IMG/VR virus record: IMGVR_UViG_3300037851_000318
Span: 1-41,108 of that record
From: a virus
Lineage: Duplodnaviria; Caudoviricetes
DNA length: 41,108 nt
Strand: one strand, 5' to 3'
A program made the translations under genes and the position numbers. The notes below the pieces were generated by a model. It saw only the letters and a list, made by a program, of their open reading frames with translations, was not told the origin of the DNA and searched no databases. Shown here one piece after another: positions 1 to 8,863 of this stretch. Numbering within the stretch: position 1 is the first letter of the stretch; each line of letters begins with the position of its first letter.

Positions 1-39
1 TCGTTCCCCGGCCCCTGCCCTCTGCTTTTTTTCTGTCAA

Positions 40-102
40 GTAAAAAAATGATAGTCCTGCGTAAAAAGATGATCGTTTGACGTAAAAAATCGATAGTCCT
101 GC
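40..102. repeat. Three tandem 21-bp imperfect direct repeats (operator/iteron-like)
   Basis: gtaaaaaaatgatagtcctgc (40-60), gtaaaaagatgatcgtttgac (61-81), gtaaaaaatcgatagtcctgc (82-102). Confidence 0.8.
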
Positions 103-127
103 GTTTTTGCCAAAAACCCCATGTTAT

Positions 128-202
128 AAAAGCCGTACATTGTAGATCGTACATCGGACATCGAAAGACAAAAAACCAGAAACCGGGAACCATAAACCAA
201 AC
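128..202 (+). repeat. Heptamer repeat modules (CGTACAT-type, then CAGAAAC-type)
   Basis: AAAAGC CGTACAT TGTAGAT CGTACAT CGGACAT CG ... AAAAAC CAGAAAC CGGGAAC CATAAAC CA, ending just before the ATG at 205. Confidence 0.9.
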
Positions 203-204
203 GC

Positions 205-426
205 ATGAAAAGCAAACCGGATATCAAGCAGTTTGTGTCGGTGGAATCGCTGAATGCTTTTGTTGATAGCAACACGATCAATCCGGAGGATTACAGAGTA
301 GCTCCGGCGGAGGAAGAAGATCAGGGGAGCAGGGATCAGGGGCCGGGGTTCAGGGTTTCTGGGGGACGCTGGAAATTAAATTCGAAAACGGCGTCGTTGT
401 TCACATTAAAAAACTTGAGAACATAA
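205..426 (+). CDS. Small protein resembling the C-terminal part of an excisionase-type HTH regulator; possibly internally deleted
   Basis: SVESLNAFVDSNTINPEDY resembles the tail of phage excisionase-like HTH proteins, but no HTH core is visible; contains an in-frame AGGGATC-type heptamer run at 316-365. Confidence 0.4.
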   Translation: MKSKPDIKQFVSVESLNAFVDSNTINPEDYRVAPAEEEDQGSRDQGPGFRVSGGRWKLNSKTASLFTLKNLRT

Positions 427-454
427 AACCATAACCGAATTAGAATGACAAAAG

Positions 455-490
455 AACCATTTTCCTGATGCCGGGAAAGTGGTTTTTTTT
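455..490 (+). terminator. Rho-independent terminator
   Basis: aaccattttcc-tgatgccg-ggaaagtggtt stem-loop followed by a T run. Confidence 0.75.
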
Positions 491-532
491 ATGCCATTTT
501 CTGCCCTGCCATCAAAAATAATTTCAACGGAG

Positions 533-586
533 GCATATGGAGCTATATGGAGCGTATAGACGCGGCAGAAAATTAAATGATATTTT
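533..586 (+). promoter_or_regulatory. Putative activator-dependent late promoter for head genes
   Basis: Three 10-bp phased direct repeats (gcatatggag, ctatatggag, cgtatagacg) followed by a TGnTATTTT extended -10-like element, between a terminator and gpW. Confidence 0.45.
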
Positions 587-630
587 GCTCCCATAATTCG
601 TAACTTGAACTATTTTTTAGGAGCAAAACC

Positions 631-855
631 GTGGCGTATGACGCAACTCTGTTAGCTGCAATCGATACCGCAATCGCAAGTCTTGTCGCCGGAACCCGCA
701 CAGTCGCCTTATCTATGGGCGACAAATCAATCACGTATGGCCAGACACAATTGAAAGACCTGGAATTATTGCGGAATAAGGTCGCGGCTGCAATAGCGGC
801 AGGTGGCACCGACTTGCCGAGCTTTATTTTAACCCGAACGTCGAAAGGCTTATAG
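631..855 (+). CDS. Head-tail joining protein, lambda gpW-like
   Basis: 74 aa; AIASLVAG-x-RTV...GDKSITY...L..L pattern; directly upstream of portal; AGGAG RBS before GTG. Confidence 0.8.
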   Translation: MAYDATLLAAIDTAIASLVAGTRTVALSMGDKSITYGQTQLKDLELLRNKVAAAIAAGGTDLPSFILTRTSKGL

Positions 856-863
856 GGGTTATA

Positions 864-2378
864 ATGAAATATTTATCAATACTGGATCATCGCGGCAACC
901 GGATCCCCGTAAATCTTACCGCTGGAGACTACGAAGGCGCTTCAACCGGGCGGCGCTTATCCACCTGGGGCCTCTCTTCAGCCGGTCCGTCAACATCCCT
1001 GTCTTATAATCTGTCAAATCTCAGATCCCGGTCCCGTGAAAGCATCCGAAACAATCCGCTGGCGGACGGCGGCGTTGACGATTATGTGGCAACGATAATC
1101 GGCACGGGGCTTGCTCCGCGCTGGCAGCTTGATGACCGTAAATTCAAGGAGCAGTTGCAGGAATTGTGGGAAGACTGGTGTGAAGAGGCCGATGTGTATG
1201 AGCGCCTCTCGTTTTACGGGCTTCAGAGCCTTGCCGTCCGCGCTCTTATCGATGCCGGTGAAGTGCTGGTAAGGTTTGTAAGGAGCGGGAGCGAGTCCGG
1301 ATTGTCCGTGCCTCTGCAACTCCAGCTCCTGGAAGCGGATCATCTCGACGCCACTTATACCACCCAGGCCGAAAGCGGGAATCAAATCCGGATGGGAGTA
1401 GAGGTAAACGGGAACGGCGTGCCTCTCGGCTACTGGATATGGCAGGAGCATCCCGGCGAGACGTTCATTACTACGGCCAACATGCAGAGAGTATATGTGC
1501 CTAAAAAAGACATGATCCATATGTTCAAGCCGCTGCGGGCCGGACAATTGAGGGGCAGGCCGGGGCTGTCATCCATACTGGTCAAGCTGCACGATCTCGA
1601 CCAGTATGACGACGCGGAGCTTGTCAGGAAGAAGGGCGCGGCGATGTTCGGCGGATTTCTTGTCGAAGAAGGCGAGCGGTCGGAGTTTATCAATCCGGGC
1701 AGATATCTCGGCGGCGAAGAAGAGATCGACGGGCAGGACATTATCGCGCTTGAGCCGGGGACGTTCCCGCGATTGCCTCCCGGTCTGAAGGTGGAATTCT
1801 CAAAACCTGTTGACGTCGGGGAATCATACGATTCCTGGATGAAGCAGCAGTTGAGGTCAATCGCAAAGGGAATGGGGATCACATACGAGCAGCTTACCGG
1901 GGATTTGTCCGGCGTGAACTTTTCGTCTATCCGGGCCGGACTGAACGATCTCAAGCGCCGGGTGACTCAGCTCCAGACCGAGATAATCGTGCATCAGTTA
2001 TGCCGGAGAGTCGTCAACGAATGGCTCGACGCCGTTTTCCTGTCGAACCGGCTCAATCAGCCGGATTATTTCAAGAATCCGCGCAAGTATCGCAGAGTTA
2101 CATGGAATCCGGACGCATGGCCGTCAGTCAATCCATTGCAGGACGCACAGGCGGACATAGCCGAGATCCGGGCCGGGCTTGCCTCGAGAGCGCAGAAAGT
2201 GGCGTCTCGCGGGACTGATGTAGAGACGATTGACAGGGAACAGCTCGAAGATCACGGGCGCGAAGAAGAATACGGCCTGATTTATTCCACGAATGCCGGA
2301 AAAATCACCGAGGCCGGACATGAAACAGCGGCGGGATCTGTTCAGGAACCAAAGGAAGGAGGAGATGCGGAAGAATGA
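864..2378 (+). CDS. Portal protein, lambda family
   Basis: 504 aa; LRSRSR..RNNPLA, DGEV-like AGEVL, LQLQLLEADHL, GQLRGRP, YEQLTGDLSGVNFSSIRAG motifs. Confidence 0.95.
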   Translation: MKYLSILDHRGNRIPVNLTAGDYEGASTGRRLSTWGLSSAGPSTSLSYNLSNLRSRSRESIRNNPLADGGVDDYVATIIGTGLAPRWQLDDRKFKEQLQELWEDWCEEADVYERLSFYGLQSLAVRALIDAGEVLVRFVRSGSESGLSVPLQLQLLEADHLDATYTTQAESGNQIRMGVEVNGNGVPLGYWIWQEHPGETFITTANMQRVYVPKKDMIHMFKPLRAGQLRGRPGLSSILVKLHDLDQYDDAELVRKKGAAMFGGFLVEEGERSEFINPGRYLGGEEEIDGQDIIALEPGTFPRLPPGLKVEFSKPVDVGESYDSWMKQQLRSIAKGMGITYEQLTGDLSGVNFSSIRAGLNDLKRRVTQLQTEIIVHQLCRRVVNEWLDAVFLSNRLNQPDYFKNPRKYRRVTWNPDAWPSVNPLQDAQADIAEIRAGLASRAQKVASRGTDVETIDREQLEDHGREEEYGLIYSTNAGKITEAGHETAAGSVQEPKEGGDAEE

Positions 2379-3631
2379 AACCTAACTGGAATATGCTGAG
2401 TTTTTTCAACGGGTCGTTGCTTATGGATGAGAAGATATGCAGATCATACCTGGCGGCCCTGAATGAGCGAAGCCTTAACGAAGAATTGACGGCAAGATCG
2501 CCGGTGCAGCCGTTCAACAAGCGGGGTAGCACAGCCATTATCAGCATAAACGGCGTGCTGTCTTATAAGGCGGACCCGTTTATAAGCTGGCTGTTCGGCG
2601 GGGCGAGCGTCGAGGGCGTAAGGGACGCGTTCCGCGCCGTGCTTGCCGATCCGGGCGTCGGAAGAATTCTTTTCGATATCAATTCGCCGGGCGGGGAAGT
2701 ATCCGGGATCTTTGATCTTGCGGACGAAATATATGAGGCGAGAGGCAGAAAGCCGATATACGCGGTCGCAAATGAAATGGCATTGTCAGCGGGATACGCG
2801 ATCGCATCGGCGGCGGATAAAGTATTTCTGCCCAGGACGGGCGTTGTCGGCTCAATCGGAGTCGTCGCCGTCCATGTGGACAAAACGAAAAGCGATGAAG
2901 CAAACGGCATTGTTTACAACATGATACACGCGGGGAGCAAGAAAGTTGACGCATCGGAACACGCTCCCTTAAGCGATGAAGCAAGGGCGGCGATACAGAC
3001 CGATGTAGATAGTGTTTACGCTCTGTTTGTTGACACGGTTGCAAGAAACAGGGGCATCAAGGCGTCCGACATAAGAAGCCAGGAAGCCGGGCGATACAGG
3101 GGCAAGGCGGCGGTTGAAGCCGGGCTTGCCGATGCCATACTTACATATAATCAAACTCTGAATAAAATTTCAGGAATATCAAACAAAGGAGGAACCGGGA
3201 TGAAAAGTTTTATTGAAAGTATAAAGGCGATGTTTGGCGAAAGAACCGATCTTACGGAAACAGGAGTGTTTGAGGCGATGGGTTACGCCCCGAAACTTGC
3301 GGAAGGCATGACGGCGGTTTCGGCTGCGGAGCTGGATGCCCTGAAGAAAACGGCGGAGGAAGCGACCGCCTCAGCGACGGCTGCGAAGCTCGAAACCGAG
3401 GAGATGAAGAAAACCGTCATGGAGCTGCATGACATTTGCAATTTAAGCGGGACCATGCATCTGCTCGGAGGTTTTATTTCGGGCGCGGTTTCGGTTGAGG
3501 ATGCGAAGAAGAAGATCCTCGACGAGAAAGCCAAAAAAAGCGCCACGGTTATGTCAACCGTGAGTGGGACATCAACGGGAGAGGTGAATCCGCTCCAGGA
3601 AGACGCGAGGAGACGGGCGGGCATTAAATAA
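2375..3631 (+). CDS. S49-family capsid maturation protease (lambda gpC-like)
   Basis: DINSPGG, ALSAGYAIASAAD, VGSIGV, FVDTVARNR, AVEAGLAD motifs; ATGA overlap with portal stop. Confidence 0.93.
   Translation: MKPNWNMLSFFNGSLLMDEKICRSYLAALNERSLNEELTARSPVQPFNKRGSTAIISINGVLSYKADPFISWLFGGASVEGVRDAFRAVLADPGVGRILFDINSPGGEVSGIFDLADEIYEARGRKPIYAVANEMALSAGYAIASAADKVFLPRTGVVGSIGVVAVHVDKTKSDEANGIVYNMIHAGSKKVDASEHAPLSDEARAAIQTDVDSVYALFVDTVARNRGIKASDIRSQEAGRYRGKAAVEAGLADAILTYNQTLNKISGISNKGGTGMKSFIESIKAMFGERTDLTETGVFEAMGYAPKLAEGMTAVSAAELDALKKTAEEATASATAAKLETEEMKKTVMELHDICNLSGTMHLLGGFISGAVSVEDAKKKILDEKAKKSATVMSTVSGTSTGEVNPLQEDARRRAGIK
3200..3631 (+). CDS. Nested in-frame scaffolding protein (lambda Nu3-like)
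   Basis: Strong AAAGGAGG Shine-Dalgarno before an in-frame ATG at 3200, right after the protease domain; Ala/Glu/Lys-rich helical sequence. Confidence 0.7.
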   Translation: MKSFIESIKAMFGERTDLTETGVFEAMGYAPKLAEGMTAVSAAELDALKKTAEEATASATAAKLETEEMKKTVMELHDICNLSGTMHLLGGFISGAVSVEDAKKKILDEKAKKSATVMSTVSGTSTGEVNPLQEDARRRAGIK

Positions 3632-3667
3632 GCAATAAATCAAATTATAAACAAGGAGGATATTAAC

Positions 3668-4342
3668 ATGGCAGCATTATCAGAAGGAAACGTGTTCAGG
3701 GATGTAGTGAGGTACGAAGACGACAGCGCGGGTCAGCTTTCCCGCGAGGCCGTCGTTGTCGCCTCGGGTCAGAACTTGTTTATGGGCGCGGTTGTCGGGA
3801 AGATCACAAAGACAATCGCAACTACCGGCACGGCAGACGCCGGGAATACCGGGGGCGGCACGGTGGCTTCGGTTACGCAGGGTTTGAAATCGAAAATCGG
3901 GACCTATGAAATCAAGTGCACCTCCTTCACAAACAGCCCGGAAGCGGCGGTTTTCCAGGTGAAAGACCCCGAAGGCAATCTTATGCCGCCCGCAACCCTG
4001 GCCGCGTACACAAGCGACCAGATCAATTTCGATGTCGCGAACGGAAGTCCGGATATTGCCGTCGGCGATAAGTGGACAATCGTCGTGTCAGCCGGAAGCG
4101 GGAAAGTGAAAGCGATTTCATTGACGGCCGTTGACGGAACATCCGAGGCATACGGAATAATTACTGATGATTGCGATGCTTCTCTTGCGGATAAAGACGC
4201 CGTGGCAATCGTGAAAGACGCGGTTATCATAGCGGCCAATCTCGTATGGCCGGATGTATCGCCTGCATGGACGACCGACCAGAAGAACGCCGCGCTTGCC
4301 CAGTTGTACGCGAAGGGAATTGTGGCGAGAGCTGAAGCGTAG
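3668..4342 (+). CDS. Head decoration protein (gpD-like) with ~100-aa inserted beta-rich domain
   Basis: SREAVVVASGQNL.MGAVVGK N-terminus and DGTSEAYGI...LVWP...ALAQL..KGI C-terminus; located between protease and capsid. Confidence 0.85.
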   Translation: MAALSEGNVFRDVVRYEDDSAGQLSREAVVVASGQNLFMGAVVGKITKTIATTGTADAGNTGGGTVASVTQGLKSKIGTYEIKCTSFTNSPEAAVFQVKDPEGNLMPPATLAAYTSDQINFDVANGSPDIAVGDKWTIVVSAGSGKVKAISLTAVDGTSEAYGIITDDCDASLADKDAVAIVKDAVIIAANLVWPDVSPAWTTDQKNAALAQLYAKGIVARAEA

Positions 4343-4355
4343 GAATTTGCTTTTT

Positions 4356-4431
4356 GGCCGCTGATGAACGCGGATTTCAGGGATTTTAATATAAAAATAT
4401 TATCCGCGGGTATCGGTGAAAATCGGCGGCT
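4356..4431. repeat. Imperfect inverted repeat built from ~10-nt units
   Basis: gccgctgat gaacgcggat ttcagggat ... atccgcgggt atcggtgaaa atcggcggc around an AT-rich loop, between decoration and capsid genes. Confidence 0.7.
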
Positions 4432-4470
4432 TAATTAAATATTATTCAAATAACATAAGGAGACACGAAG

Positions 4471-5487
4471 ATGATTCTCAATCCATTTGAAACAAACGAC
4501 GCCTTTAATATGGTGTCACTCACACAGGCGATAAACATTCTGCCTAACCGCTATGGCAGAGTCGGGCAGCTTGGGCTTTTTGCCGACAAGGGCGTGCGGA
4601 CAAGATCGATCATAGTCGAGGAGCAGAACGGAGTTTTAAACCTGCTTCCCACCACGGCTGTCGGCGCTCCTGGGACTCAAAACAAGATGGGGAAACGGAA
4701 GGTCCGCACATTCACCGTCCCGCATATCCCATTAGACGACGCGATTTTGCCTTCCGAATACGAAGGCTTGCGCGAATTCGGGTCCGAGCAGAGCATGAAA
4801 ACCCTGGCAGGGGTTATGAACGATCACATGCAGACCGCCCGCAACAAGTTCGACATCACTCTCGAATATCTGAGGATGGGCGCCCTGAAGGGCATTATCC
4901 TGGATGCGGACGGGTCAACCCTCTACAACCTCTACACGGAATTCGAGATCGCTCCGCAGACTGTTGATTTCGATCTTGAAGTTACCAGCCCGCTGACCGA
5001 TGTGGCCGCAAAATGCCGCACCGTCATCCGGACAATTGAGGACGCATTAAAGGGCGAGATCATGACCGGCGTTCGCTGCCTCTGCGATGCGACTTTCTTC
5101 GAGGCGCTTGTAGGCCATTCGAGCGTGAAAGAAGTCTATAAAAACTGGTCCGGCGCAGCGGCATTGGCCGGCGTCGATCCGAAGAAGGGTTTTCACTTTG
5201 CGGGCATCACATTCGAGGAATATCGCGGCACCGCAACCGACAAGGACGGCAATGCAAGAGTCTTTATCGCAACCGGAGAAGGGCATTGCTTCCCCGAAGG
5301 CACGCAGCAGAGCTTTAACACGATTTACGCGCCCGGCGATTTCATCGAAACCGTGAACACAATCGGCATTCCGCTGTACGCGAAACAGGAAGCGAGGAAG
5401 TTCAACCGCGGAGTTGACCTGCACATCCAAAGCAACCCGCTCCCGATCTGCTACAGGCCGGGGATACTGGTTAAGGTGACGGACTAA
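4471..5487 (+). CDS. Major capsid protein, lambda gpE family
   Basis: 338 aa; SLTQAINILP, TLEYLRMGALKGIILDADG, FAGITFEEYRG, QSNPLPIC.RP motifs. Confidence 0.93.
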   Translation: MILNPFETNDAFNMVSLTQAINILPNRYGRVGQLGLFADKGVRTRSIIVEEQNGVLNLLPTTAVGAPGTQNKMGKRKVRTFTVPHIPLDDAILPSEYEGLREFGSEQSMKTLAGVMNDHMQTARNKFDITLEYLRMGALKGIILDADGSTLYNLYTEFEIAPQTVDFDLEVTSPLTDVAAKCRTVIRTIEDALKGEIMTGVRCLCDATFFEALVGHSSVKEVYKNWSGAAALAGVDPKKGFHFAGITFEEYRGTATDKDGNARVFIATGEGHCFPEGTQQSFNTIYAPGDFIETVNTIGIPLYAKQEARKFNRGVDLHIQSNPLPICYRPGILVKVTD

Positions 5488-5489
5488 GG

Positions 5490-5569
5490 AAACGGTTCAC
5501 GGTTCATGGTCCATAGTTCACGGTTAAAAACCAGAAACCTGGAACCCGGAACCCGGAACCTTAAACCGG
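5490..5569. repeat. Inverted pair of heptamer arrays (GGTTCAC-type / GAACCCG-type)
   Basis: GGTTCAC GGTTCAT GGTCCAT AGTTCAC GGTT, then AAACCAG AAACCTG GAACCCG GAACCCG GAACCTT AAACCGG; starts right after the capsid stop. Confidence 0.9.
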
Positions 5570-5580
5570 AGGTTTAACGC

Positions 5581-5889
5581 ATGGGATTACGCGCCGTATT
5601 TGCAGCAGCATTGCCGGGAATATTTGAAGCCGCGGGCGAGGCAGCGGTGTTTACGCCGTCCGTCGGTGCCGCCGTCCCGTGTTTTGTCTTCATCGATTTT
5701 GATGTCGATCTCCAGCCTTCGGGCATGGAGGCTCAGGTGTGGGAGCGCGGAACGACCATCGAGGCCCTTCTGTCCGTCATTTTGAAGGTGCCGGACAGAG
5801 GGGAGACCTTCACGGTCGCGGGAAGGGGTTACACGGTGAAGTCGATTGCGGCGAATGACGGGCTGTCGGTGAAGTGTGTAGTTGCGTAA
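5581..5889 (+). CDS. Head-tail joining protein (gpFII-like)
   Basis: 102 aa beta-rich; GEAAVFTP...PDRGETFTV.G..YTV pattern; follows the capsid gene. Confidence 0.7.
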   Translation: MGLRAVFAAALPGIFEAAGEAAVFTPSVGAAVPCFVFIDFDVDLQPSGMEAQVWERGTTIEALLSVILKVPDRGETFTVAGRGYTVKSIAANDGLSVKCVVA

Positions 5890-5980
5890 AACAGGGATCA
5901 GGGGTCAGGGGTCAGGAAAAACCAGAAACCACAAACCAAAGACCCTAAACCTCAAACCATAAACCAGAGACCAGGAACCA
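5888..5980 (+). repeat. Heptamer arrays (AGGGGTC-type then CAGAAAC-type) filling the whole intergenic space
   Basis: AAAAC AGGGATC AGGGGTC AGGGGTC AGG AAAAAC CAGAAAC CACAAAC ... CATAAAC CAGAGAC CAGGAAC CA-ATG. Confidence 0.9.
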
Positions 5981-6583
5981 ATGCTTTCAATCAAAATCAA
6001 TCCTACGGATCTTGCGGCTGTTAAACAAACGCTGAATCAGTTGTCAGGCGATGAGGCGGATCTCGCTATGGTGCGCGGGATAAACAAGACCATGACCGGC
6101 GTCCGCACCGACGGTACTAAGATTTTGTATGACCGTTACGCTCTCACGGCTACCGTGATCCGTGAGTCTTTTAAGATCCGGAAGGCTTATTTCAGGGATC
6201 CGAACGGATCCGTTTCGACCAAGGGCACATTTATCAGGCTGATAAAGTTCGGAGCGCGGGCGGTCTCAACCGGCGTGTCCGTGAAGGTTCTTCGGACGGA
6301 ACCAAGAAAAACCGTCGCGCACGCATTTATCGCCAAGCTCGGATTACAGGATCAGGTTTACCGGCGGGCGTACAAGGGGCCGCATAAGAAGCCGGTTGCG
6401 ACCAGGAAATATGCGGCGATGCCTTTTGAATACCGCTTCCCGGTTCACGCGCTGTATGGGCCGCGAATCCAGGATCATCTTGACGATCCAGTCGTGATCG
6501 GGACGTTGCAGAATATGGCAGGCACGCGCCTGACCGACAGTATGCGGCACGAGGTGGAATATTTGTTGAGTAAAGCAGGGTAA
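5981..6583 (+). CDS. Minor tail protein, lambda gpZ-like
   Basis: Basic 200-aa protein; RGINKT, GVSVKV, HAFIA, RFPV..LYGP motifs. Confidence 0.8.
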   Translation: MLSIKINPTDLAAVKQTLNQLSGDEADLAMVRGINKTMTGVRTDGTKILYDRYALTATVIRESFKIRKAYFRDPNGSVSTKGTFIRLIKFGARAVSTGVSVKVLRTEPRKTVAHAFIAKLGLQDQVYRRAYKGPHKKPVATRKYAAMPFEYRFPVHALYGPRIQDHLDDPVVIGTLQNMAGTRLTDSMRHEVEYLLSKAG

Positions 6584-6623
6584 AAGCAGGATCCAAGGAT
6601 TCAAGGGGTCGAGGGTTCGAGTG
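6582..6623 (+). repeat. Octamer repeat module
   Basis: AAAAGC AGGATCCA AGGATTCA AGGGGTCG AGGGTTCG AGTG, from the gpZ stop to the next start. Confidence 0.85.
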
Positions 6624-7088
6624 ATGGAAACAATTCGAGAGCTGATAATTGATGATTTCATGGACAGGGGCGAGGTGGTGATCTCGACCGGATCTCCGCC
6701 CGACTATTCCACCGACATCGGGGATCATGTTTTGCGGGCGCGTCCGAAGGTTGATCCCGGCGAACTCCCCTGTATGGTTATCTGGCCGCAGGCTGAAGAG
6801 GCCGAAAACAAGCACGGATCGGTCTTGCACCGGATGATCATCAAGGTCGAGGGCGTCGCCTATTTCGCAAGCCTCTCGCCGTCTGAAATGTCCGAAAAAA
6901 TACTCGGTGACATAATCAAGTGCTTTACGTCGCGCCTCTGGACACGGGCGCCGGATTACATCGAATCAATCGTTTATCAGCGGGGCGGGGTGGACTCGTA
7001 TCCGGAAGAGGGATCGCTGACAGCCGGCGCTTATGCCGAATTCCTGGTCTCGTACTGGACCGCGGCAGGCAATCCCTTTTCGCAATAG
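6624..7088 (+). CDS. Tail terminator-like protein (gpU position)
   Basis: TIRELII N-terminus, LPC.VIW, VSYWT..GNPF C-terminus; position after gpZ; alternative GTG start at 6621. Confidence 0.65.
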   Translation: METIRELIIDDFMDRGEVVISTGSPPDYSTDIGDHVLRARPKVDPGELPCMVIWPQAEEAENKHGSVLHRMIIKVEGVAYFASLSPSEMSEKILGDIIKCFTSRLWTRAPDYIESIVYQRGGVDSYPEEGSLTAGAYAEFLVSYWTAAGNPFSQ

Positions 7089-7097
7089 ACAGGCTGT

Positions 7098-7277
7098 ATG
7101 CTTTACAGAATAAACGTGGAATATGAAATAGAGTTCACCGAAGAACCGGCAGATATTCTTTCGGCAGTTGAGGATGTTTTGCAGATAGTCGATGTCGTGG
7201 ATATGCCGAGAGTGGTAGGTTCTTCTGTGTGGGAAGCGATGATAACACGGAAGTCGACTGATATCGAGGAAGTGTAA
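7098..7277 (+). CDS. Small acidic hypothetical protein (59 aa; below ORF-track cutoff)
   Basis: MLYRINVEYEIEFTEEP...DIEEV*; TAATG stop/start overlap with the next gene. Confidence 0.6.
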   Translation: MLYRINVEYEIEFTEEPADILSAVEDVLQIVDVVDMPRVVGSSVWEAMITRKSTDIEEV

Positions 7278-8851
7278 TGGCAGTAACGGGATATAATATG
7301 ACTACGGTGAGCATGTGTGATGCTGTCGGCGATTGGAGCGCCGTCGGCGGCACAAACTCGCTTGTGGACAATACCGTATATGGCCCGATAGAAGGCGCCA
7401 CCTGTATGCAGAACTATTCCGCTTCTGGAGCTGCGAGAGGTGCGGACTGGACATGGACGAGCAATCAAGACCTGACAAACAAGATGGTCATTTTTTGGTT
7501 TTCGACTTCCAAGATGGCTGGCATCCCGGCAAAGGGCGCGAATGGGATGCGCATCCGCATAACTGATGTCAGCGGTAACTGGGCTGAATGGGACATATTC
7601 GGAGGAGACACTATGCCTCATGGTGGCTGGATACCGTGGGCTATACTCGCCGCAGAATCCACTTCCAGCAGAAACGGCGGCACGTTCCCGACATTGACAC
7701 AGATAAGAAAAGTAGGTTGGCGTTGTGGCGGTACGGTATCGGCAAAGACATATATATACTGGGACGCTGTGCGCTACGGGCAAGGGCTTCTGGTAACCGG
7801 TGGGACAAGCAGTTCTCCTGTGAGTTTCGCGGATATAGCTACAGCGGAAGCCACTTATGCTTATGGAGTGTTTGTTCCATACAGCGGCGTCTATTATGCT
7901 CAAGGGAAGATAGTTATAGGAGACACAGGCTCCGGAGATACTTATTTTGAGGATACGGGCGGTTCCGTTATTGTCTTTAAAAGTGCGATGGTAGGCGATT
8001 CATTCCTTGAGTTGCTGCTTGTGGGCGGCAGCGGGAACACGGAAATATATCTCGGTGAAAAGGTTGGAAGCAGCGGCATCAGCGGAGTGACCATAATCTC
8101 GGAGAGCGGTTCAACCCGGTTCGCGATTACGGCATCCGATACCGATATAGACAAATACGGATTTTATGGCTGTACGCTCACAAAGGCGAAATCAATAACC
8201 TTGCAGGCATATAACGCTGATAAGGAATTTCTTGGCTGTAATGTTGTAGAAAGCGGGGAAATGATACCCGGTACAGGCATTGTTAATACCTGTAACTTCA
8301 TATCTTCCCCCGGGCGTGCGATAAGAATATCATCAGCAAGTCATCATGTAGCTGACTGCAATTTCATCAACTGTGAAACGGCAATTCATCATGATGTCGG
8401 CGGACCGAGCGGAACCCCTCTTGAATATGATTATGATGAACTGATGTTCTTCGGCGGCACATATCATATTGAGAACTCAGCATCCACGCCGAATTACTAT
8501 ATAGACATTGACAGGATAAACGGTTCAAACCCTGACGATGATTATTTCAACAATTCAAACGGCGGAACAACGGTGCTGCTTGAAATAGGAGTACAGCTTA
8601 CATTGACCGGCCTTGTTGATGGCTCTGATATATCGATACTTGATGCCGGTACAACAGACGAGAGAGAAAACGTGCAGGAGAATTCCGGCACTACATATAT
8701 ATATTCATATAGTTATGCGGCAAGTGATTATATAGATATCGGAGTATTTAAGGCGGGATATCTGCCGTATTATATCAGAAATTATTTGCTTCCTGCGACG
8801 AACGGTAATTTGCCGATAGCTCAAAGAATTGACAGGGACTACTTAGAATAA
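7277..8851 (+). CDS. Putative virion fibre/appendage protein (carbohydrate-binding-like N-terminus, beta-helix-like middle, Ig-like C-terminus)
   Basis: 524 aa Gly/Ser/Thr-rich; repeated CNF.. beta-helix-like turns; C-terminal LTLTGL..GS.I.I...GY.P. Confidence 0.6.
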   Translation: MAVTGYNMTTVSMCDAVGDWSAVGGTNSLVDNTVYGPIEGATCMQNYSASGAARGADWTWTSNQDLTNKMVIFWFSTSKMAGIPAKGANGMRIRITDVSGNWAEWDIFGGDTMPHGGWIPWAILAAESTSSRNGGTFPTLTQIRKVGWRCGGTVSAKTYIYWDAVRYGQGLLVTGGTSSSPVSFADIATAEATYAYGVFVPYSGVYYAQGKIVIGDTGSGDTYFEDTGGSVIVFKSAMVGDSFLELLLVGGSGNTEIYLGEKVGSSGISGVTIISESGSTRFAITASDTDIDKYGFYGCTLTKAKSITLQAYNADKEFLGCNVVESGEMIPGTGIVNTCNFISSPGRAIRISSASHHVADCNFINCETAIHHDVGGPSGTPLEYDYDELMFFGGTYHIENSASTPNYYIDIDRINGSNPDDDYFNNSNGGTTVLLEIGVQLTLTGLVDGSDISILDAGTTDERENVQENSGTTYIYSYSYAASDYIDIGVFKAGYLPYYIRNYLLPATNGNLPIAQRIDRDYLE

Positions 8852-8863
8852 GGAGAAAGATAA

